DNA of 64,000 bases from Parcubacteria group bacterium Gr01-1014_3 (GCA_007376445.1 VMGF01000002.1:167928-231927); one strand, 5' to 3'. Counted from the stretch's first letter, positions 46,285 to 56,293 are shown. A program made the numbers and translations. The notes: generated by a model not told the origin, from the letters alone.

Positions 46285-46539
46285 TTAGTGTGAGATTGAT
46301 GTATTCGTGAACCACGAGGACCACTTCCAATAAGTTATGTGCCAGCCACATTTTTTACAAGTCTTACTAACCCTTGGCTCTCTTGTTGCGGACATCATCA
46401 AGATCGGCTTTTCAACCATGATCTCTTCCATTTCCCAATCATGCTTACAAAAGACTTGCCGAAGATAATTGACGAACCAGCGCATACAACCTCCAATAGA
46501 AACTAGTGTGATGATAAATAATAAACATGTATCTGTCAA
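46285..46539 (-). CDS. hypothetical small membrane/CxxC protein
   Basis: ORF only. Confidence 0.3.
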   Translation of the reverse strand: MTDTCLLFIITLVSIGGCMRWFVNYLRQVFCKHDWEMEEIMVEKPILMMSATREPRVSKTCKKCGWHITYWKWSSWFTNTSISH

Positions 46540-46558
46540 GAAATAAAAAGGCCCAGCT

Positions 46559-47398
46559 TTATACTGAGCCTAGCTTCTGGAAAGTCTTCACGGCGTTCAT
46601 GAAGTACGCTTCGGCTTTCTTTCGATTGTATTTATCGTTTCCGTATCCTTCACCGAGCTTGTCGCGAAGGCCGCCTTCCGCGTCGATCGAGAATCTGACA
46701 CCGTCAAGCTTATTGCCCATGCGACGCTTGATCTCCGTCAATGATTTCGCGACTGTCTTACCATTCAAGCCACCGGCAAATCCCAACTTAGATGCCGAGC
46801 AAAAATCCAGCATATTCTTGGCCACGAACGTGGCAAGCTGTGGATTCAGCGGAGTTCCTGTGCCACCAGAAGCATCAATCAGGAAATGATCGGCGTACGG
46901 CTCCATCTTGGCAACGCTATGCATCATCACATTGATCGGAAAATCCGTCAGAAATTCTTTGTGCATTTGAATTATAATTTTCAGCTGCGGATACTTTTCG
47001 CGAATGCGCGCCATCTGATCTGGCGTAATTTTAGTCAGCACTTTATTAAGCTGTAATCCTTTTACGATTTGAGGATCATGCCCGCCCATCTTTTCAAAGA
47101 TCTCATCGACCGAACTCTTAAGCTCCGCGAAATTCTTCGCGCTGAAATGAATTACGGTAAAAATCTCTTTGTGATACGAAATGGCATGGTCAAAAATTCC
47201 CCAAATTTCTTCAATGGCCGGTAATCTCCTGTTCTGATTCTTCTCGCCGCGTAAACTGCGTTCGGTAACTTGAACTCCGATCTGCGGGGCGTGTAATGGG
47301 TAGCCGGTTTTGCACAAAACCCGCTGAACCATTTTGGCGGTCCAGATCGCGTCAAACATGCTGGTGATGCCAACGATACCGATATACGGTCGTTCCAT
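46559..47398 (-). CDS. TIM-barrel-like protein, distantly TrpF(PRAI)-like; function unknown
   Basis: FLIDASGGTGTPL resembles the PRAI phosphate-binding loop. Weak. Confidence 0.3.
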   Translation of the reverse strand: MERPYIGIVGITSMFDAIWTAKMVQRVLCKTGYPLHAPQIGVQVTERSLRGEKNQNRRLPAIEEIWGIFDHAISYHKEIFTVIHFSAKNFAELKSSVDEIFEKMGGHDPQIVKGLQLNKVLTKITPDQMARIREKYPQLKIIIQMHKEFLTDFPINVMMHSVAKMEPYADHFLIDASGGTGTPLNPQLATFVAKNMLDFCSASKLGFAGGLNGKTVAKSLTEIKRRMGNKLDGVRFSIDAEGGLRDKLGEGYGNDKYNRKKAEAYFMNAVKTFQKLGSV

Positions 47399-47436
47399 TT
47401 CGTCCCCTTTTTCAATGTGCGTAGGGAAATTTTAAC

Positions 47437-47994
47437 TTAATCTAAAAGTTTTCTCAACAACTCATCCCAAGTTTTGACGCGAGAAAAGGCCGGGGTATCC
47501 GAAAAAACCCCGTGTTGATCAAAAAGGTATTTATTTTTCACGCTGGCTAAAACATCCAGGATCCGAATCTCATCGTCCACATAATGCGTGACTCCCAAGC
47601 GGCGCGCCTCAGTCTCTTTATCGATCGGATCTTTTACGAAAAACGCGTTCGCTTCATTAAAATACAGCGGCCAGAGGTCATGTTTTTTTAAAAGTTCTTT
47701 GGCAACAGCGGCATTCTGTCGTCGAGAAATAAGATAAAATGGCATTTTTGATTCCTTAACCGCCGATAATCCCGCCAAAGCGCCATCTAGCATGGGCGAT
47801 TGAAGCGCGTAATTTGGATCGTCATAAAGCTCGTGTTGAATTTCATGCAAAATCGGCCCAGGAATATAGTTCCGGATCAAGGATGAGACGGTCTGCTCCG
47901 GTTTTAAGACAAAGCCTCGCTTTGCGGCGAGAAGGATCTTTGGCATAGTGTGGTCGATGATGACTCCGTCCATATCGAATCCGAATATTTTCAT
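47437..47994 (-). CDS. HAD-superfamily 5'(3')-deoxyribonucleotidase-like phosphatase
   Basis: HAD motif I FDMDGVI; conserved downstream Asp motifs. Confidence 0.55.
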   Translation of the reverse strand: MKIFGFDMDGVIIDHTMPKILLAAKRGFVLKPEQTVSSLIRNYIPGPILHEIQHELYDDPNYALQSPMLDGALAGLSAVKESKMPFYLISRRQNAAVAKELLKKHDLWPLYFNEANAFFVKDPIDKETEARRLGVTHYVDDEIRILDVLASVKNKYLFDQHGVFSDTPAFSRVKTWDELLRKLLD

Positions 47995-48168
47995 AATAGT
48001 TTTAATATAGCAGAAACTTATTCATCCCGCACCTTGCTTCTACGCGTAGAAGCAAGGTGCGGGATTGACAACTCGGCAAATAAATCTTTTTTTGGCTTTT
48101 TTCTTGTAAAAGATTGTATTACTCTACTATATAGTGCTTTGACAAAATTCCATTGAAAGGAAAAGGCC

Positions 48169-48861
48169 ATGCCAAAGTGGAACATCGCGCGTGATGAATA
48201 TTTTAAAAGATTGAATCTGCAGCCGATCGATTTTCTGGAGCGCATCCGCGTACCTAAATTGGATCGCTTAACTGCAGTTATTCCATTGAGGGATATTGCC
48301 GTGGTTGAAGCGGTTTCTGTCATTCATAAAGATCTTCTTGGCGAACTGATCAAAAAGATCACCACTCTCGACAAGCAAAATCTTTGCGCGCAGCCGCGCT
48401 TTACGATTACCAAGCTCGACCCGCGCTCGCTTAAGATCGGGCAGAAATTCGTGTACAGGGAAACTTATCAGAGCATCGTGGAGCACATGGCCGATAAATT
48501 CTCAGACTACGCGATGTCGGCTCGCGGCTTCAGCGATCTCGGCGCGTATTTTGTCTTCGGACAAGACACTGCCGGCGCCTACTCCATGGCCTGTTATCTG
48601 CCTCCCATTATTGAGCGGCATGGCGACGACCTGGTGGTGATGGACGGCATTCACCGCAACTTTCTGGCTAAGCAGATGGGTATCACGCTGAACGCTATCG
48701 TGCTGGAAAACGTTTCGGCGCCATTCCCCTGCGCGGTCAAGAGCTGGTCGGAAATCCAAGTAATTCCCGTGGCTGATAAACCAAAGGCTCTCGAGGACCG
48801 ATATTTCAGTCTACGAAAAGAGCTGTTCCGTGATCTAAAATATTTAGGGATTGATGGATGA
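48169..48861 (+). CDS. ParB/Srx-like nuclease-domain protein
   Basis: VMDGIHRNFLAKQMG (ParB N-terminal DGxHR motif). Confidence 0.5.
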   Translation: MPKWNIARDEYFKRLNLQPIDFLERIRVPKLDRLTAVIPLRDIAVVEAVSVIHKDLLGELIKKITTLDKQNLCAQPRFTITKLDPRSLKIGQKFVYRETYQSIVEHMADKFSDYAMSARGFSDLGAYFVFGQDTAGAYSMACYLPPIIERHGDDLVVMDGIHRNFLAKQMGITLNAIVLENVSAPFPCAVKSWSEIQVIPVADKPKALEDRYFSLRKELFRDLKYLGIDG

Positions 48862-49385
48862 TAAAACAACCGCCGGAAGAAATTCACTGCCATGCTAAGG
48901 CCATGGAGATCTTCGTCAAGAAAGCGCACGAAGCAAAGTTATACCGGCCGGTGGCCGTGGCGATCATCCAGAACCGCCATAACAAGATTCTCATCGTGGA
49001 ATCGGCAAAGAATAAAAATGAATCCAATCCGCCTCAAGGCGGCATTGAAGAAGACGAGGAGATCATTGACGCTCTCTTCCGGGAAATAAAGGAAGAGGTT
49101 GGCATCAGCAAAAAACACTTGAAACTAACCGCCTACTTAGGCGTCCAGGATCTGGACTCACAGAAATCCAAGCGGGGCGCTCGCGGATTCGCTCTCGGAA
49201 AAAGATATTTCTTTTTTTGTCTGCGATATCGCGGACCCGCGAAGATCAAGATCCAGAAGTCGGAAGTGAAAAATTACCGCTGGGTTCGGCTCGGCGCCAT
49301 GAAACGGGCCCTAGCCAAGACCCGGCGAAGCAAGCGTTTAATGTTGCTGGAATTTTTCCAGCGGGCCGGGCCTTATCTAACCTAA
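48858..49385 (+). CDS. NUDIX hydrolase (start overlaps previous stop, ATGA)
   Basis: Nudix box GGIEEDEEIIDALFREIKEEVGI. Confidence 0.7.
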   Translation: MIKQPPEEIHCHAKAMEIFVKKAHEAKLYRPVAVAIIQNRHNKILIVESAKNKNESNPPQGGIEEDEEIIDALFREIKEEVGISKKHLKLTAYLGVQDLDSQKSKRGARGFALGKRYFFFCLRYRGPAKIKIQKSEVKNYRWVRLGAMKRALAKTRRSKRLMLLEFFQRAGPYLT

Positions 49386-49395
49386 GGAGGGAAAG

Positions 49396-50118
49396 ATGGC
49401 CACGAATGAAAAAATATTTGAAGAAAAGGCCCAGACAATCCTGAAATACCTGAAAAGCTCGAAGCGATACGACGAAAGCTTTATGCCAAGACCATTCTTC
49501 ATTGAATTCACCGGGTCACCTTCAGCTGGCAAAACTACGACTATCACCGAGTTGGACAAGTTCCTTCGTCGGCAAGGCTTCAGAGTTTTACGCCCACAAG
49601 AAGGCGCCGAAGTGGTCCGCCATATTTCCCGCTCTACACCGCTTTATAACATCCGAACGGCGCTCTATGCGCTTGTGATGCTGATCGATCTAAGCCATGG
49701 CCACCTTTATGATATCGTTATCTTCGATCGCTGCGCTTTCGATGCTTATAGCTGGATGATGTACTGGGAAGAAAAGGAACAGCTTGGCGAAGACGAAAAG
49801 ATGCTTCTGCAGTCCTTCTTCCTCTCCCGTTTCTGGATAGACAAGATCGATGCCGCTTACTTCATGGTCTGCAATCCCGAGATAGCGATGCAACGCGAAC
49901 AACGGATCGCTCTTAGCCAAAAATTGGGCGAAACGACAAACCCGAAAACTATCCATTCCTTGATCGGCCGCTACCGAACCGCCCACATAGAATTGTCTCC
50001 GAGGTTCAAACAACTTCAGCTCATTGATACCACGCAGATGGGCGAACAAGAAATGGTAGAAATGATCGCCAAGAAGACCCTGGATATTCTAGAACAGAAA
50101 GCCAAGACCTCTCGATAG
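49396..50118 (+). CDS. P-loop deoxynucleoside/nucleotide kinase-like protein
   Basis: Walker A FTGSPSAGKTT; dNK-like length; DRC motif. Confidence 0.5.
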   Translation: MATNEKIFEEKAQTILKYLKSSKRYDESFMPRPFFIEFTGSPSAGKTTTITELDKFLRRQGFRVLRPQEGAEVVRHISRSTPLYNIRTALYALVMLIDLSHGHLYDIVIFDRCAFDAYSWMMYWEEKEQLGEDEKMLLQSFFLSRFWIDKIDAAYFMVCNPEIAMQREQRIALSQKLGETTNPKTIHSLIGRYRTAHIELSPRFKQLQLIDTTQMGEQEMVEMIAKKTLDILEQKAKTSR

Positions 50119-50138
50119 AGAGGTCTTTTTTAATTTCA

Positions 50139-50600
50139 CTATCGGAATCTTATCGAAACCCTCACATCCGCATCATGTTCTGGAAGACCAGATGGATTAT
50201 CCTTTTGGAAAACCAGCGTGCCGGTATCGGTCGCCGGGGCTTTAAATTCCAAGGTCGCCTCAAATGGCACAAGCTCAATAGTCATCCAGTTGTCCTGCGC
50301 CTGCGCGACAGCTATCGCGATCTGATTGCCATTGCCGTCTAAAAGCTTGATCGGGAAAGATGCCTCAAAATACCAGATCCCCCTCGCCTCTCCGGTGATC
50401 TTGAACGGACTTTTGATTATGGAATTGGCCAAACTCTTATCCAACTTCACCACATCACCAAGATTAATAACGGAGTTACCACTAGGCTGATTGCTATCAA
50501 TGATCAGCTCCGGAACATCCGGTGTCCGGCTGGTATAAAAAATCACGCCCGCGATAACCGCGACTAAAGCCATGATCGATAATGCAACAAGGTTTTTCAT
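50139..50600 (-). CDS. hypothetical secreted protein
   Basis: N-terminal TM/signal MKNLVALSIMALVAVIAGVIF. Confidence 0.4.
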   Translation of the reverse strand: MKNLVALSIMALVAVIAGVIFYTSRTPDVPELIIDSNQPSGNSVINLGDVVKLDKSLANSIIKSPFKITGEARGIWYFEASFPIKLLDGNGNQIAIAVAQAQDNWMTIELVPFEATLEFKAPATDTGTLVFQKDNPSGLPEHDADVRVSIRFR

Positions 50601-50701
50601 AAATTAACTAATAACGAATTTGTTACGAATAAGCAAATATACGAATATGTGCCGATTCGTTTATTCGTATATTAGTTCAGATTAGTTATTCGTTAATTTG
50701 G
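50601..50701. repeat. TTCGTATA/CGAATA-word repeat block (family 7, copy 2)
   Basis: GATTCGTTTATTCGTATATTAGTTCAGATTAGTTATTCGTTAATT. Ends at the truB stop. Confidence 0.6.
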
Positions 50702-51377
50702 TGAAATCCGCCAGAGTTAAAGCTTTCTCTTTTTTTCCTCCGGAGGAGGATCCGCCTCTGGCGGAAAATTGACCTACCCGCGTCCTCTCCAGGCCGGCCA
50801 AATACCCGCCAACTTTTAATTTTTTGCCCAAATCCCGCGCCAATGAACGGATATAAACTCCTGGGCCGGTCACCACCCGCAATTCTAAAAATGGCCACTT
50901 ATATTTCAATAAGGAGATCTTTTTAATGAATGCCGGGCGGGATTTCATCTTAACTTTCTGACCTTTCCTGGCGAGCTTATAAGCTTCTTTGCCGGCGATC
51001 TTGATCGCGCTGAAAATCGGCGGTGTCTGGCGGATATTTCCAACGAATTTTTTCATTGCCACGCGAATCTCTTTCAGCTCCGGTTTCTTGGAAAATTCAA
51101 CCGCGGATTTTTCACCTTCATCATCGTCGGTCGTGCTGTAAAATCCTAGCTTAATCTTGGCTAGATATTCTTTTTCTTTTTTGACGACTTCGCCGAGTTG
51201 TTTTGTGCCAGGACGGCCGATGCCGATCACCAGAACACCGCTGGCCAGCGGATCTAAAGTTCCAGCATGCCCGATCTTGCGGATGCCGGTGATTTTCCGG
51301 AGGCGGTTCAAAAAGCCGTTAGAAGTCGGTCCTTTCGGTTTATACGCGCCATAAATACCTTCAATGGTCTTCTTCAT
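50682..51377 (-). CDS. truB: tRNA pseudouridine(55) synthase
   Basis: GHAGTLDPLASGVL catalytic motif. C-terminal PUA-like region interrupted by the in-frame element. Confidence 0.85.
   Translation of the reverse strand: MKKTIEGIYGAYKPKGPTSNGFLNRLRKITGIRKIGHAGTLDPLASGVLVIGIGRPGTKQLGEVVKKEKEYLAKIKLGFYSTTDDDEGEKSAVEFSKKPELKEIRVAMKKFVGNIRQTPPIFSAIKIAGKEAYKLARKGQKVKMKSRPAFIKKISLLKYKWPFLELRVVTGPGVYIRSLARDLGKKLKVGGYLAGLERTRVGQFSARGGSSSGGKKEKALTLADFTKLTNN
50736..50768 (-). repeat. in-frame double-hairpin palindromic mini-element, copy 4
   Basis: TCCTCCggaGGAGGATCCGCCtctGGCGGAAAA; sense strand encodes FSARGGSSSGGKK. Confidence 0.8.
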
Positions 51378-51985
51378 TAGACGAATTTTTGGATCTGGGG
51401 CAAAAGTTGCTCGATCGCTATGTGACGGTGCCCTATCTTCGACTCTTCGGCAATCGTCATTTCTCCCAAGGCCTTGCCGATCTTCGGAACGTAAAATAAA
51501 GAACGGAACGGAAATCCGGGAGTAATTTTAGAAACCGTTTTTTCCAAGATAAACCCGCGGGTAATTCCCTCCGCCAGGATCGGCTTGGAATCTTTTGTAT
51601 GTTTGATCGCGACTACCACTCTAAATTGCGCGCCTCTCCTGCCAAATGGCACGCCCTTAAGCTTTTCCAGGGCAGTGTCTATCAACTCTTCGTCGGTACA
51701 CTTCCGACCAAGCCATCGGCGGGATAAAACTCCCGGCTCGCCGTTCAGATAATCAATTTCCAGGCCGGAATCCTCGGCCAAAACCGGCTTATCAAAAAGC
51801 GGGGCGTAATATTCCACTTTTTTAATAGCATTCTCTTCGAAAGTTTTACCGTCTTCCTCCGGCTCATCCTGAACTTTTAAATCTTTGAGTGTATATAATT
51901 TAAAATCCGCGCCTAAGAGCGCCTGATATTCAATGATCTTTCCCGGATTATGCGTCGCGATGATTAACTCTTTCATTTGCGCCAA
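51377..51985 (-). CDS. rdgB: non-canonical purine NTP pyrophosphatase (RdgB/HAM1)
   Basis: IATHNPGK ... EDSGLEIDYLNGEPGV HAM1 motifs. Confidence 0.8.
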   Translation of the reverse strand: MAQMKELIIATHNPGKIIEYQALLGADFKLYTLKDLKVQDEPEEDGKTFEENAIKKVEYYAPLFDKPVLAEDSGLEIDYLNGEPGVLSRRWLGRKCTDEELIDTALEKLKGVPFGRRGAQFRVVVAIKHTKDSKPILAEGITRGFILEKTVSKITPGFPFRSLFYVPKIGKALGEMTIAEESKIGHRHIAIEQLLPQIQKFV

Positions 51986-51986
51986 A

Positions 51987-52835
51987 TTATATCACAAAAC
52001 AAGATTTTAGTATATCCAGATTATCCTTATCCGGTCCGAGATCATCAAATCCCGGCACCTCCAACATCCAGGCCTTATTATGCAAAGATTTTTCACTGGC
52101 TAAATTACGAAAACCCTCCAAGCCGATCTTTCCAACGCCAAGATTCTCGTGGCGGTCGTGATGTGAATCGCATTCGCTCTTAGAATCGTTGATATGCATC
52201 GCCACTAGATTTTCCAAACCGATGTGCCGATCAATTTCTTTCAAGAGCTTCTTAATATTATCTGACTCGTAAGATTTAATAATTCCGGACTCAAAAATAT
52301 GCGCCGTATCCAGACAAAATTTCGCCCGCGGTGAATCCGCTAATTTTAAGATTCGGCCGATCTCTTCGGGATCCGATCCGATCTTGGTTCCTCCGCCGGC
52401 GCCGTTCTCCAGGATCAACTGAGCCTTGCCGGGCACGGATTCCAGCGCTAGCCGCATGCCTTCAGCCACTTTTTTCACCGCGCGGCCGTTATCTCCATCT
52501 TTGGCGGAGCCGACATGAAAAATTAAACCATTCGCGCCGAGCATTTCGACGATCTTGAGATGCGCGGTTAAATTATCCACCGATTTAAACCAAAGGTCAG
52601 CGTTATCGCTCGCCAGATTCACCAAATAGCTGGCATGCAAATAAACCTCCGCGATTTCACTTTCTTTCCAATGCTTCTGAAATGCCTCAATCTCCGTCTT
52701 GGACGGAAATTTAACCGACCATTGTCGCGGTGACGAACCGAAAAACTGCACTGCCCTGGCCCCTAAACGAGTTCCATTCTCAATTGCCTGGTACAATCCG
52801 CCGGCCGTCGAAACATGCGCTCCGAGTTTTAACAT
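51987..52835 (-). CDS. nfo: deoxyribonuclease IV (endonuclease IV)
   Basis: TIM-barrel AP endonuclease family 2 motifs (GAHVS, HASYLVNLAS, HINDSK). Confidence 0.85.
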   Translation of the reverse strand: MLKLGAHVSTAGGLYQAIENGTRLGARAVQFFGSSPRQWSVKFPSKTEIEAFQKHWKESEIAEVYLHASYLVNLASDNADLWFKSVDNLTAHLKIVEMLGANGLIFHVGSAKDGDNGRAVKKVAEGMRLALESVPGKAQLILENGAGGGTKIGSDPEEIGRILKLADSPRAKFCLDTAHIFESGIIKSYESDNIKKLLKEIDRHIGLENLVAMHINDSKSECDSHHDRHENLGVGKIGLEGFRNLASEKSLHNKAWMLEVPGFDDLGPDKDNLDILKSCFVI

Positions 52836-52838
52836 TAA

Positions 52839-53840
52839 TTAAACTTTATCCGAACGGGGCGGAACTGCCAAATACGACATCAGCCATCCTACAATACCGG
52901 CGATCACGATCGAGCCCGTCCAAAGATGAATCGACATCCAGGTACCCTCGGTCAACATAACTATCAAGAAAAATCCTTTGTAAAATATCGCCGGCGCCAA
53001 AAACGCGGTCAGGCGGAACCGCCGGACCGACCAAGGCCAGTGTGTGGAAATCGAGTAAATAATATCCATCACTAATCCGGAAACAATCGCGCCAATCACG
53101 AAATAATAAAAGTCATGCATAAAACTCAAACCGAACGCGGGAAGCGAAAAAAGTATCGTGAAACTGCCGAACGGCAACCTAATCTTTTTCAGTAAAATCA
53201 ACAAACCTCCCATCAAAATCCCGGTTTGAATGAGAAGGCTTCCCACGCTCAACGCTTCACTATAAAAAATCCGCGCGGTTTTCTGGCTCAGAAGCGGCCA
53301 GGGCCGGGAAGACAAGCTCACATATTGAGTCATAAAAGCTATCACCGACATTAAAACGGCAAGGGCAATGACCGCCAAAATTTTATGACTCACGTTAGCT
53401 TTTTCCCGGCTGTACCAGAGCGCGCGGATCGGCGCGGTCACTATGAACCCAAGCCCGATCGCAAGAAGAAGATGTGTCGGACTCAAAAGCGCGTCCACAT
53501 TCGATTCAATACCGAAAATAAGGTGCCAGGCCATATCCAGCGCGCCACCGAGGCCAAAAATTATCACTCCGACTATCGATAATACATATTCCTTAGGCAC
53601 GGACCTTAGCCAGGAATACCCTCGCCTCCTTCCAATGATCGCGTAGATGAGCAAGGCAATGCCGAGCAAACCAAACCCTCCATAGAAGATCGCGTGCCAG
53701 GGCGTAAAGAAAGTTTCCAGCGCGGAATCCAAATGATTATGCGCCCAGCCATCTACATAAAGACCGCCGACAAAGATTGCCGAAAAAATAACGAATACAA
53801 TATCAAAAAATAAATTTGGTTTGGGGTATTTAACCGGCAT
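52839..53840 (-). CDS. polytopic membrane protein of unknown function
   Basis: About 9 TM helices. Confidence 0.4.
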   Translation of the reverse strand: MPVKYPKPNLFFDIVFVIFSAIFVGGLYVDGWAHNHLDSALETFFTPWHAIFYGGFGLLGIALLIYAIIGRRRGYSWLRSVPKEYVLSIVGVIIFGLGGALDMAWHLIFGIESNVDALLSPTHLLLAIGLGFIVTAPIRALWYSREKANVSHKILAVIALAVLMSVIAFMTQYVSLSSRPWPLLSQKTARIFYSEALSVGSLLIQTGILMGGLLILLKKIRLPFGSFTILFSLPAFGLSFMHDFYYFVIGAIVSGLVMDIIYSISTHWPWSVRRFRLTAFLAPAIFYKGFFLIVMLTEGTWMSIHLWTGSIVIAGIVGWLMSYLAVPPRSDKV

Positions 53841-53846
53841 ATCTGA

Positions 53847-54284
53847 TTATTTTAGCTTTTTCACGCCATACCCGCCAATCACCAGTCCGGCGGATATCAA
53901 TACTAAATTTTTAATCACAAACTCCCCTTCCACGGTAAGCAGAAGCGGATTGTACCCGGAAAAAAACATTGCCGGCTTAAGAATAAAAGTAAAAAGCGTG
54001 CCAGCCATCTGCAGCCAAAGAAGGGCCAGTGTCGCGCGAAGAGCGATATTAAAGATTAAACCAAGCCCAACCGCGGCCTCCCAGATCCCAAGTATTAAAA
54101 TGAATTCCTTTGTCGGAAAGAAATAATAAGTTTCTTGGATTAACCCAACCACCGGACTGACCCCGAAAACCTTTAAAAGTCCGAACCAGAGAAAAACGAT
54201 TCCCAAACAAACTCGCAGAATCGGCACCGCCCAAGCATGCATCCGGTCTATAAAAACTTCATCTAAAACTTTTAACCAGGTCAT
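53847..54284 (-). CDS. DoxX-family membrane protein
   Basis: Four TM helices with DoxX-like RVCLGIVFLWFGLLK. Confidence 0.6.
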   Translation of the reverse strand: MTWLKVLDEVFIDRMHAWAVPILRVCLGIVFLWFGLLKVFGVSPVVGLIQETYYFFPTKEFILILGIWEAAVGLGLIFNIALRATLALLWLQMAGTLFTFILKPAMFFSGYNPLLLTVEGEFVIKNLVLISAGLVIGGYGVKKLK

Positions 54285-54344
54285 TTTTTAATTATACAAT
54301 AGAAAAATAAAAACCGCTCCGATTTCTCGGAGCGGTATAATATG

Positions 54345-55679
54345 CTACTTTTTCTCTTCTTTCTTCTGGCCCTTCACTTCGAGGTCCAGCGCCAAATCCT
54401 TGGCCGTCTTCACCGTCAGCATATCGATCAAAGCCTGCGCGCCATTCGTGGTACCAGACTGATTACTCGGCCCCATCACCACGCTCGGCACCCAATGGCC
54501 TTGATACTTGGCGATCGCGTCAGCGTACAGCCGGTTCACCTCAATGTAGGCATCCAGCTTCTGCTTGAGCGCGCCGTCAGCTTCCATGATCATGCGCTTC
54601 TTTTCCGACTCACCCTGGCCGTCCAAGATATTCCTCTGCTTGTTCGCTTCCGCCGCGTCTCTCTGCAGTTTGGCGACCTCAACCTCACGCTGAGCGTTGG
54701 TCTCGCCGACCTGCTTCTGAAGCTTGGCGACCGAAAGTTCCCTGGCCGCCGCGGTCTCGGCAACTTCCTTTTCCTTGGAAGCCTCAACCACCGCGCGAAC
54801 CTTCTTCTGCTCTTCCTCATACTTCGCCTTCATAACCTCGGCCTTACCCTTCGCTTCCTCGGTCAGCGCGTCCTGCTCGGCCTTCTGCGCGTTGGCGCGA
54901 GCCGTCGCGACTGCCATCAGGGCCTGTTGCTGAGCCGCGATCTGCTCCTTAACCTTGTCCGCGTACACGAAGTTCTTGATCTCAAAATTAGACAATGAAA
55001 TACCGGTTCCGTGGAAAGGATTCGCCTGACGGACAACATTACCCTTGGTGTCCCTGCGGATCACCTTTACGATCCGGGTAACTGTGTCGCCGGAGACTGG
55101 ATCCTTTTCCTTGTGAATCTCTTCATCGATCTCGTAAAGACCGTTCTGAACCTGATCCCAAGCCCAGTTTACATACTCCGGTCGCTTCTCCGAGTAAGAT
55201 TCGCGAGCCGACATCAAGTTGGCTGTGCGGTTTAGGGCATTTCGGATCACCGGCAGAAGCAGTTTGTTCTCCACGTCATGGTGGCTGCGAAAGCCGTGCT
55301 TCATAGCGAGCGCAATTGCCTCCTGTTCGATGTTAGGCATCGACACACGGCAAGTTCCCGAGATCTTACAAGCCGAGCCGTCGTTAAAAGTTACCTCAAT
55401 GCTTTGATCTGCCAACTTGCCTTCGTTGTGATCGGCGGTAAAAAAGAAAGTTTCGGCTTTCGGCCAGGTCGTGATCGTGCCGAACCACTGCCACCACATT
55501 CCAGGGTCCATCTTAACAGACATCTCACCGTAAATCGCTGACTGCTTGATCTGATAAGTATCGGGAGCATTTGTTTCAACAATACTTCCACCAAGAAATA
55601 CCGCGAACAATAAAACCACAACCGCGGCCACACCGAGAACCACCTTTTTGACGGGAAATTCATTTTGTTCCATCGCCAC
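54345..55679 (-). CDS. SPFH/band-7 domain protein with C-terminal coiled coil
   Basis: N-terminal TM, SPFH-like core, long Ala/Glu/Lys-rich coiled coil. Confidence 0.6.
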   Translation of the reverse strand: MAMEQNEFPVKKVVLGVAAVVVLLFAVFLGGSIVETNAPDTYQIKQSAIYGEMSVKMDPGMWWQWFGTITTWPKAETFFFTADHNEGKLADQSIEVTFNDGSACKISGTCRVSMPNIEQEAIALAMKHGFRSHHDVENKLLLPVIRNALNRTANLMSARESYSEKRPEYVNWAWDQVQNGLYEIDEEIHKEKDPVSGDTVTRIVKVIRRDTKGNVVRQANPFHGTGISLSNFEIKNFVYADKVKEQIAAQQQALMAVATARANAQKAEQDALTEEAKGKAEVMKAKYEEEQKKVRAVVEASKEKEVAETAAARELSVAKLQKQVGETNAQREVEVAKLQRDAAEANKQRNILDGQGESEKKRMIMEADGALKQKLDAYIEVNRLYADAIAKYQGHWVPSVVMGPSNQSGTTNGAQALIDMLTVKTAKDLALDLEVKGQKKEEKK

Positions 55680-55770
55680 TTCTCCTTCTGCCTTTTGGGC
55701 AGCTTTGAGGTTAAATGCCCCGCCTTACGACATGTAAAGCGGGGCATGCCTGGAACCAAATAAGTTAAAG

Positions 55771-56082
55771 TTATTTATCCTTAACTTCCCAACGACCTGA
55801 GTCAAATTCGGCAAGCTCGTTTCGCAAGCGCAGAATCTCGGCGTCTAACTCCGCTAACTGTTCCGCGACATCCTGATGCGCGAGCTCTTCAAGTTCTTTC
55901 TGTTTCTTCTTCAGTTCATCGAGCTTCTTTCGAAGCTTAGCGCCATATTTCGGATCCCTCTCATCAAACTGACCGGTATCCTTGTTTCCTATTAATCTAA
56001 GAATTGGTCGAACAACGGCGAGCCACAGAATCGAGAAAATCGCGACAATCATGATCGCTTCCAGCAATACCTGAATAAGCAT
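55771..56082 (-). CDS. small membrane protein with coiled-coil tail
   Basis: ATG 7 nt after GGGAGG supplied by the family-3 leader. Confidence 0.45.
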   Translation of the reverse strand: MLIQVLLEAIMIVAIFSILWLAVVRPILRLIGNKDTGQFDERDPKYGAKLRKKLDELKKKQKELEELAHQDVAEQLAELDAEILRLRNELAEFDSGRWEVKDK

Positions 56083-56089
56083 CTAGCCA

Positions 56090-56155
56090 CCTCCCTAAAT
56101 CAAATCCCTGATTTGATCGGGCGACCAACTTGCCACAAGGCAAGTTGGTTTAGCC
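56090..56155 (-). promoter_or_regulatory. conserved structured 5' leader (family 3, copy B)
   Basis: GGCUAAACC-[AACUUGCC uugu GGCAAGUU]-GGUCGCCCG-[AUCAAAUcagggAUUUGAU]-UUAGGGAGG-N7-AUG. Confidence 0.6.
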
Positions 56156-56233
56156 TTCTCTAGTTATAAAAGTGCCGAACTACCTTAACAGAAACCTTTG
56201 CGATAGTCAATTAGACCCACGCCGTTGGCGGGG

Positions 56234-56288
56234 TTAATTTCCGGCTAGCCGGAAATTAAAATGCCCCTGCTGTTTTCACAGCAGGGGC
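56234..56288 (-). terminator. tandem perfect hairpins (TTAATTTCCGGCTAGCCGGAAATTAA and GCCCCTGCTGttttcaCAGCAGGGGC) downstream of the GC-rich gene
   Basis: On the minus strand the second hairpin is followed by AUUUUAAUUU. Confidence 0.6.
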
Positions 56289-56293
56289 GGGTA

